A program made the position numbers and the translations under genes. From assembly GCA_000182565.2 (NCBI GenBank), contig KQ257452.1: 20,000 nucleotides of DNA. One strand, given 5' to 3'. Positions 1 through 8,097 of the stretch are shown piece after piece (position 1 is the stretch's first letter; each line of letters begins with the position of its first letter). The stretch is from Spizellomyces punctatus DAOM BR117. Its lineage: Eukaryota. A model generated the notes under the pieces. That model was not told the DNA's origin. It saw nothing but the letters and a program-made list of their open reading frames with translations, and did not search any database.

Positions 1-569
1 TTCCTTTCCACAAGCTGTTGCCTGTGCCGAAGCAGGTGTGACGCTTATCTCTCCGTTTGTGGGACGTATTCTGGACTGGTACAAGGCAAAGACTGGAAAG
101 GATTACCGGGGTTCCGAAGACCCTGGCGTCCAGTCTGTCCAGAAGATCTACAACTATTACAAAAAGTATGGCTACAAAACCATCGTCATGGGTGCCAGCT
201 TCAGAAACGTGGAGGAGATTGAAGAGCTGGCTGGCTGCGATTTCTTGACGATCAGCACGAAATTGTTGGAGGAATTGGCTAAAACGACCAAGCCTATCGA
301 ACGCAAGTTGAGTCCTGAGAAGGCGCAGGCTTTGGACATCCCCAAAGTGTCTTACGACGAGAAGAAGTTTAGATGGGAGTTGAACGAGGATGCTATGGTA
401 TGCGTCGGGTTATGATTATCAGTACTACGTTGGTGTGTGATTGGATGCGCATTGAATAACTGACAAAATTTCTAACTAGGCAACCGAAAAGCTTGCTGAG
501 GGTATCCGGAACTTTGCTGCGGACGGCAGGAAGCTCAAGGACAATATTAAAGCGAAACTCCAAGCGTAG
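1..569 (+). CDS. TAL1: Transaldolase, 3' part (5' end outside window). Exons <1-397 and 480-569
   Basis: Frame reads [27 protein letters not shown]...[11 protein letters not shown]...[10 protein letters not shown]...ELNEDAM. After the GT-AG intron 398-479 it continues [29 protein letters not shown] (TAG 567-569). These are classic eukaryotic transaldolase motifs. Confidence 0.97.
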
Positions 570-723
570 AGCGCAGGATTTAGCTCTAGAACGGGGCACT
601 ATGTTCATAGCATCTACACTCTTGTGGTCTGATCATGCACTTTTGCATGAGTGCACATATCTGTAATGAGCGCAACAGGGATTCTGTAATGTAGTTTCTG
701 TGTGACAGTTTTATGCAGTGTTT

Positions 724-3200
724 TTATCGGATACTCTTATCTAGCATCTCTGGATCCATCAGTACCACGTCTCTCAGCACCTTGCCAAACGTGAGGCTGA
801 CTGCATCCTGGAATTTTGCGAGAGCATCCAGAGGTGAATCAGTGTCCTGTAGCGGATATGCATTCCGGAGGATCGAGCGCAGTTCTGCCATTGGCATTGG
901 AAGCTTCAATTCTACAGTATGAGAACAGTTCAGTACAGATTGAAACATCCACAAACAAGAAAAAAATGGTGTCTCTAAAACACACCTTCCAGAAGATTCC
1001 CAACGCTCTCGACTAAACTCGGAAACGCTTTAGCAATATTTACCAAAACCCCTACAATCGTTTCCGTCCAGCCTTCTACCCGTGGGGGAAAAGGAATTGT
1101 CGTTGCCGTGTCCCTGGACGCCTTAAGGTGCTTGTTATATTTGGAGAGATCAAGGCACAGGTGGGCGATGTTGGGTAGAATCAAATGCTTTGCTTGGTGG
1201 AGACTTGTAGAAAATGAGCAACACAATTCTGATACTACAAATCACACACTCTGGTGAAGACGCACCTTTTTTCGATTGGATAGGTTTCGCCCAACCATCC
1301 AAACAATTGCAATCCAAATACCCTAACGCGAATATTCGGATGCTCGAGCATGCCTGGGACAAAATCAAAACACACATCTGCACAACAGTCGGTGTTTTAT
1401 TGATACGGGGTCTGCGGTAATGAAAACCAGAACAAACGCACGGACATGGAACACATACGCATAGAAGGCACGCCCTCCACAACCCCCTTTAATATTTCCA
1501 CCGGAAACGTCTGGAATGCGACAACGCGTATCAGAATTGGATCTTCAATGAACATCTGGTGAATAAAGTCGTATATAAAGGGGCGGATTGATTCTGGAGT
1601 GGTAAAGCGTGAGAAGAGTACGTTCTTGGACGTCAAACGGCAGAACTGGGTATTACCCTCGCCGCCGACTAGTCCTTCGAGAAGACATTGGATGATGGCC
1701 GCGTCTTGGGTTTGTATGAGGGTATCTATTGTTGTTGGAGGTAGGTATGCCTCCGGCTAACCAACCCCACATTAGTAAGTTTGCTTCACCTCCTCTGGAT
1801 GCACAAATTACAAACCTTTATTCCGCCGGCCCATAGTTTCCTCCATCGATGTTTCGAGGCAATCATGTAATACGTCAAGACCTATCCAATTCCCCATCCG
1901 CGAGCGGTCAAAAACCTGTCCAAGAAAGGACATGCCGATAACGCTTACCCGCAGGAAAATTCTTAAGGCGCCTCGTCTGAATACCTCTCGACATGAGAAG
2001 ACAATCAATGGATCCATAACGAGTGTATGGTGATCATAAGGCTTTGCATTCCTATCGAAACTTTTCTTAATACCAAGCATTACGGTGGAGAGGCAGACGC
2101 GATACGAACAAAGGCCTCAAGGTATTCACAGTCGCCAGACATGTTTCACGGGGATTGATCGTGTATAATGATATCCAAAGGGAAAAGAATTGTGTGCTGA
2201 TGTCTGATGTGGTTCTAGTGCGCTGTTATATCAGCCGTGGTGCGTGTCAATGCTATATCGGTGTGTGACATACTGAGGGTTTGTGATGCGGGGTAGTAGG
2301 TTTGTGGTAACGGTCGCGAAATGAGTTTGGAGGTCCATCAATGTTAGGGAATCCAGATACGATATAACTGGCGATATCCCCCATTTCGAAATCTCAGAAA
2401 ATGGAAATCGTGTAATATTAACAATGTCGCTGCTCTCACCTGCACGAAGATCCTCTTCTTTCCCACTACTTAATAAAATATTGACATCCGCTGCCTCCAT
2501 CTCTTTGCCTATCAAAGCAAAACCCCTGACAGCCGCGGGCACCACCGCACTCTTGTCCCTGCAACCCTCCTCGCAGAGAAATCCACCGACATCGAGAACC
2601 TCTGGATACTGGGCGCACATGAGTGCCCAGAAACGAGGATATAGAGTGTGGTATGTGGGTTGGTTTGAAGGATCCTCGACATGAGAGAGAATTTGCTTCG
2701 TTGGGATACGGTCCAAGAGGTTATCGGTATACTCCTCCACTGCACATTACAGTTAATAGCGAGTACGACAACGGGTGCTCTGCAAAGTCGGACATACATT
2801 CGTAGATGGGATCACCGCCTTGTTTTTGCAGACCTGATCTTCGTTCCTCTACCATATCGTTATAGAGCAAAACGTAGTATAAAGCAAGGACATGTCGTGC
2901 TGATATGGTCTTCCGGTTTTCAAATAGGAGAGCTATATCTGCTTCAGATATCCCGGTTACCGGTCCTCTTTTACCAACACTGGAAACCTCATATAGTCAC
3001 TACCGAAAACATGGTCCAACTGAGACGAGTGTAAACTACCTTTCGACGTATAGTTCGAGTGCTTTCGGCAAAACAGGGTCCAGCGGGACATGGGCATTCT
3101 TAATTTGGTCGAAAGTCCACTGCTGAATGTCTACATTGGGTTTGGGTAAGATGTCACCGCGAAGGATCTGGCAGACTATGCGGGTAGATAGGGAAACCAT
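724..3200 (-). CDS. INTS2: Integrator complex subunit 2 homolog, C-terminal half only, 587 aa. Exons 3200-3040, 2979-2798, 2739-2440, 2367-2274, 2214-2110, 2051-1949, 1881-1816, 1756-1657, 1593-1459, 1377-1266, 1203-986, 911-724
   Basis: All 11 introns are GT-AG and phase-consistent (1764 nt total). Colinear blocks resembling recalled animal INTS2 sequence: QWTFDQIKNAHVPLDPVLPKALELYVES, HVLALYYVLLYND, YTDNLLDRIPTKQIL, LWISLYTINPRETCLATVNTL, LVMDPLIVFSCREVFR, QTQDAAIIQCLLE, FIHQMFIEDPILIRVVAFQTFPVEILKGVVEGVPSMHVCFDFVPGML, IAKAFPSLVE. Confidence 0.88.
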
Positions 3201-3331
3201 TTAAGTTTCATTCCCAAGATCTACATTCACCTCCCTTTGGCCGACGAGGTGTCAGGTGCTAAGTCGCGCGTTCACAGTCGCGTTGCCAGCGAACGGGCTC
3301 TTGAGCATATTCAAATACTCACGACATCAAA
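3201..3331. promoter_or_regulatory. Putative bidirectional promoter between INTS2 (-) and TBCA (+)
   Basis: Only 131 bp separates the divergent start codons. It contains two AGTCGCG copies (aagtcgcgcgttcacagtcgcgttg, about 3261-3285). Confidence 0.55.
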
Positions 3332-3864
3332 ATGTTGAGCAACACAAAGGTGAATGTCCCTTGCTTCAAGTTCACATGCCGTTCAGATCGACCTTACATA
3401 AATCCATGTAGCCCTCAATGGACAGCGCAATCCGAAAGCTAAAGGTTCAAACGGGCGCAGTAAAACGGTACGCAACGTCGTGCTGCTGCTGGCCTCAACA
3501 ATTCCTAACGTTCATCGTACCAGCATAAGCAAGGACCTTTCATATTATGAAAAGGAAGCAGCTAAACAGCAGGAACGAATCGATAAACTCGTCGCGGACG
3601 GAGCTGACGAACACGACATTCGCAAACAAAAAGAGGTATTGGAGGAGACCAACCAGATGCTTCCAGAGAGTAAAAAGAGGCTTGCAGCTGCGTATAAAGA
3701 GTTGGCGGATTTGGTAGAGAAGTATTTGGTAAGTAGAGATTTGCTGAGCTGTCTTTCTAATTGGTATTGATGGGGCCTCTCTGCAGAGTGCTGCTGGATC
3801 TGAGGAAGTTGCACCTGAGGAAGTTCTAGCTGCTCAAACAGTGTTGCAAGAAGTGCGGGTATAA
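3332..3864 (+). CDS. TBCA: Tubulin-specific chaperone A (Rbl2/TBCA). Exons 3332-3349 (tentative), 3412-3467, 3524-3728, 3787-3864. Alternative start at ATG 3418
   Basis: Spliced product (MLSNTKPS)MDSAIRKLKVQTGAVKRISKDLSYYEKEAAKQQERIDKLVADGADEHDIRKQKEVLEETNQMLPESKKRLAAAYKELADLVEKYLSAAGSEEVAPEEVLAAQTVLQEVRV*. This is the typical cofactor A sequence. Confidence 0.93.
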
Positions 3865-3894
3865 TAACCAAGATGTACATATAATATAATAATT

Positions 3895-6800
3895 TCATAA
3901 ATATCTACGAACATCCCCGATCGCTCCGATGCACTTCTTGGCCTGTTCCCTCACCAACACGGCCCCATCCCCAGAGCACATCCCCTTTAACTTGGCCATA
4001 ACATCATGAATGCTAATAAACTGGGTCATCTCCGCATCCGACAAGCTTCTTACAATATGATACAAAATGTGCAATAAGTTTAATCGAACCATTGTTTCAG
4101 GGTGAGAGAGATGTGAGCAGATTTTTTGACCGAACAAGGAATAGCGGGCAATCGAGCGGCAGATCTTCGACGATGCCACTAGGATTCGTTGGAAGGGAGT
4201 GAGAATGCTTTCGAATGTTGCCGCTTCAGCTTGGCAGAATGCCAAGACCAACTTTTCCGCGTGGTGCGACAAGCAGAGTTGACTCTCGATTTGGTCGCTG
4301 TCGTTCGACATCCTGCGATTATTCGATCAATATAATTATCAAGATATATTGCCTCACTTCATGTTCGGTTGACAGTATGCTTACCATGTGGAGATAGCCT
4401 CGAGCGCGTCCACTTGCCAGCATGGATCCACTAGTAACGAAATGAACGACAACAATGCACCGTTCTGCCACAGTATTTTCCTGCATGTAGCACCAGCATT
4501 GACCATATCGGTCAAGATTGGTATGGCAAATTGCTTTAGAGGACTTCTCGTTTCCACAAAGCCTTGAAGGCAAGGCACGGCACCCTCAAGAGCAGCCGCT
4601 AGTTGCCGAGATTTGTTGAGACGACACAGGTTATACAGAGCATTCAAGGCTTGGTTTTGGATATCCTATGCATGCAGATGTCAGACACCACTTTGGCATA
4701 GTTTAATCGACTAACTTACTGTGAAAAACGGTCCATCCCGCAAGGTCAATATTTGACACAGCGGTCGAATTACATCCGCTTTTTCAAGTGACCGCAGGGT
4801 TTCTGAATGCATGGTAACGTTCTTCACGCATTTTAAAACTTTAACCAGTATTGGGGCAGCCAATTGTGGTACGGTGTTCACTATCCCTGGAATAACCATA
4901 TTTAGATATGAAAAGTGCAACCGCGGACGTAGCTCGAATCAGGACATAGGTCAGGCATACCTCTGATGCAAGCGTCTTTTGCGAGCGACTCCTTGAGCGA
5001 TACGTCGCCTTGAGAAAACATGACCAGCATATTGGCAATCTGATCAGTGTAACGATATGCTTCTGGATCCGTATCTTCATTCAGTTCACCAAAGACCCGT
5101 GATAATGATCTCAGTAGCCCGTGCTTCACGAAGAGATGGCAAATATCCGTTCGAGGGGTGGAACTCTATGAGTAGGCAACAGAGTTAAACTCGTCCAGGA
5201 TGATTTTGTTAGCATGGTCCCACACCTGCAATTCCAACACTCCGGATATCCCGTCAATACCCGAAAAAATTAGAACCTTCGACGTCCGATAATCAACTTC
5301 CAACAGATTAACTAGCGCCCGAACACCACCGCACGCCATAAACATCCGTAGTGAGTTGGAACTGGTGGTGCAGACGCGTTTTAAGAAGAGCGCTGCTTCT
5401 TCACGGACGTTGAGACGATACTCTGAGTTCGTTAAATCAATGAGCGTATTCAGCCCACCAAGTAGGCATATGTTCTCCTGTATCAGCATGTCACGCTGTG
5501 CGCTCTACCTTGGTATTTAAGGGTTAGATTATCACTGTGGAGGTACCCTGGGTGAAAACCACGGACCTTATTTATCAATCGTAACATTGTCCACTGTAAT
5601 TGCTCGTCTCTTTGGAATTTCAGCGCATCCAGTATAGGCCCGATAGCATGATGAGTGATTAGCATTTTACTCGCTTGAGGATGAGTGTCAAGCAGAGCCA
5701 ACTGACAGATGAATTGCATAACTGAGTTACGATGATGGATGAATGACGATCTTAACGGCCCAACCTACCGCTGCATCGCAGCTACGGCACAATACATTAG
5801 GGTCGTCCTCTTTTCGTAGGCGTTCGATGAACTCCACGACGCCCGATGTCATTGGTAGGGTATAGTCCTTCGCAACGGTTTCCTCGAATGCTGTACTAGT
5901 GATCAAAACGTGGTGGGATCCAAAGAGGAAACGCTAAGCTTCTTACCCATATTCTCCAGGACGCTTAGGAAAGGATCGTCTTCCGTGTCGCTATCTTCCT
6001 CGGAAGGCTTACTGGCAGCTGGCAACGCCAGCCAGCATGGGGCCTGCGATATGTTTACGTTAAATATACTTCGTTGTAAAATACAGAAATGGTATAGAAA
6101 GACACCTTGTGATCACTGGCATCAGGGCCCTGTTGGTCTGAATAAACGAAACTCTCATCATCAACAACTATCACTGAGGTAGTTCGTTTTTGCGCATTTA
6201 ATACAACCTTTGCTTTTCGCCTGTAAATTCACATCAAATGGTTCAAAGTCGTTGTCCCAGACATCGCTACTCATGTCCGGTTCGCACAACTCCTCAACGT
6301 CTGCTTTTGGAGGATTCGACGACGCAGTGAACTTTGTCGTGGACGCTGGTCGCAAAGGAGATGAGCGATCTGTTGTTGCCCGCTCTATTTGGAGGAGAAG
6401 AGTTTTGTTTATATACGTGACATGTGATAAAGATGTTATACTCTGAAGGCGCACTTTCACGGCTTCCTTTGCTTTGGGAGCTTGGAGATCTTGGAAGGCT
6501 TGACGCAGCTCTGGCGATTTGTCCGTCGTTCATGTCCTCTAGAATGTATTGCTGAAGATCTCGCGCCACTACCTGCAGAAATGTTACTATGCTACCTATT
6601 TACCAAGTGGATGTGTCCGCCACGAAACCCTCACCCTTCTTCGTGCACTTTCGATCCATGGATGCTTTAGAAGCCTTTTGGCAGAGATCCGCAAATTGGC
6701 GTCTTTTTGAAAGCATTCCATGAGAAAATCTCGGAGCATCTGCCTCGAAGGGAAAGATCCCAAGTCAATATAGCATGATGCAATTGATGCGACAATATGA

Positions 6801-7952
6801 CACGTACCACAGAGGTTTGGGCAGGTAGGGATGGATGATCATCGTGAACAATGCGAAATAGCGCCGACATTGGTGCGAGTGTGTGATATGGTGGGTGACC
6901 TTGTAGCAATTCAATGGCCGTGCAGCCGACACTCCTAGAGATCCATGTCTCAGCAGATGCACAAAATGGCTTTTGATTTTTTCAGTACCAAATGTCGGAC
7001 GCAGTCGTGGCACCGTGCAGTTCAATAACTTCAGGGGCCACTTTAAACAGGTGGTACATCGCCATGAGATAAAGAGCCTAGTCTGCCGAAAAACTTGCGG
7101 AACTTACTCCAATACGGAGATCCGGCAAATACTTTATTTGTAGCGTTAATCTTGCTCGCAATACCGAAGTCTGCCCAAATGCTGTGGGTTACTATCAAAG
7201 ACCCAAGTATAGAAAATTATAAGAATTATACCGGCCAGCTTGACCTGCCCTTTCTTAGTTGTAAGGATGTTCTGCAAATAGGAGGAAAACCCTTCCAGTT
7301 ATTATCATACTTGAGCTGATCGGCTGAAGTACCTACCGCAGCCTTGATATCACGATGAATGACACCTTGTTCATGCAAATAGACTAGACCCTCAAGTACT
7401 TGGGCAATATAGAGAGCAACGAGATGCTCCGGAAAGCGACCAAATCTTCTACAAATATTCGACAAGGACCCATTTTCGCAGTATCTTCATGAATGAAACA
7501 GATACCGGGTCATTTTATGGAAACGCGATTGAAGATAGAGATAAGATCTCAAGTGCCTACTCCATAATAATATTCAAGTATTCGGGCGTCTTGACAAATC
7601 CTAGATATTGCACAATGTTGGCATGCTGGTTGGTGTCGCCAATCAATAACGATCCTGATGGCTTTTAACAATTATGTGATACATGCGGACTCACATTCAG
7701 CTCCTTCAGCAAATCAATCTCTCCCTGAAAGAGCAAGTCAGATATGAATAAGCCGAGAATGTTTATCAACTTATAACGGGAGTACCGCACCGTAATAAGA
7801 GTCAAGTCGGGTTTCGCGATATTGGAGAGCCGGAGCTGCTTCACGGCCACGACCTCTCCGGTCTCCGTAACAAGGCCAGAATACACGCACCCAAAGGCAC
7901 CCTTTCCCAAGCAATCTCCCAGTTGAATTGCATCTGCCAAGATAATCGTCAT
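3895..7952 (-). CDS. CDC15: STE-group Ser/Thr kinase of the Cdc15/Cdc7/SepH family (MEN/SIN), with an N-terminal kinase domain and C-terminal ARM-like repeats. Multi-exon
   Basis: Spliced kinase motifs: [141 protein letters not shown]. Family-typical C-terminal blocks: [71 protein letters not shown]. The exact start codon is less certain. Confidence 0.92.
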
Positions 7953-8097
7953 GGAGTGTCAAAGTGGGCATAGATCGGCCAGAAAGACATGTCCGACCAA
8001 ATGGACAATCGATTACATAACGCGTTCTCATCACGTGATGATCGAGGAATCGGACCTGTGGGAGTTCGCACTTTTGAATCAATTGTGGAATCAACGC
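7953..8097. promoter_or_regulatory. Putative bidirectional promoter between CDC15-like (-) and ELG1 (+), with an MCB-like box and an E-box palindrome
   Basis: 145 bp between the inferred ATGs. ACGCGT at 8020-8025 and a perfect 14-bp palindrome TCATCACGTGATGA at 8028-8041. Confidence 0.6.

Noticed and set aside
6667-7465. Apparent frameshifts in the kinase domain suggesting a pseudogene
   Set aside because: All are resolved by canonical GT-AG introns, and the catalytic motifs (VAVK, HRDIK, DFG, APE) are intact.
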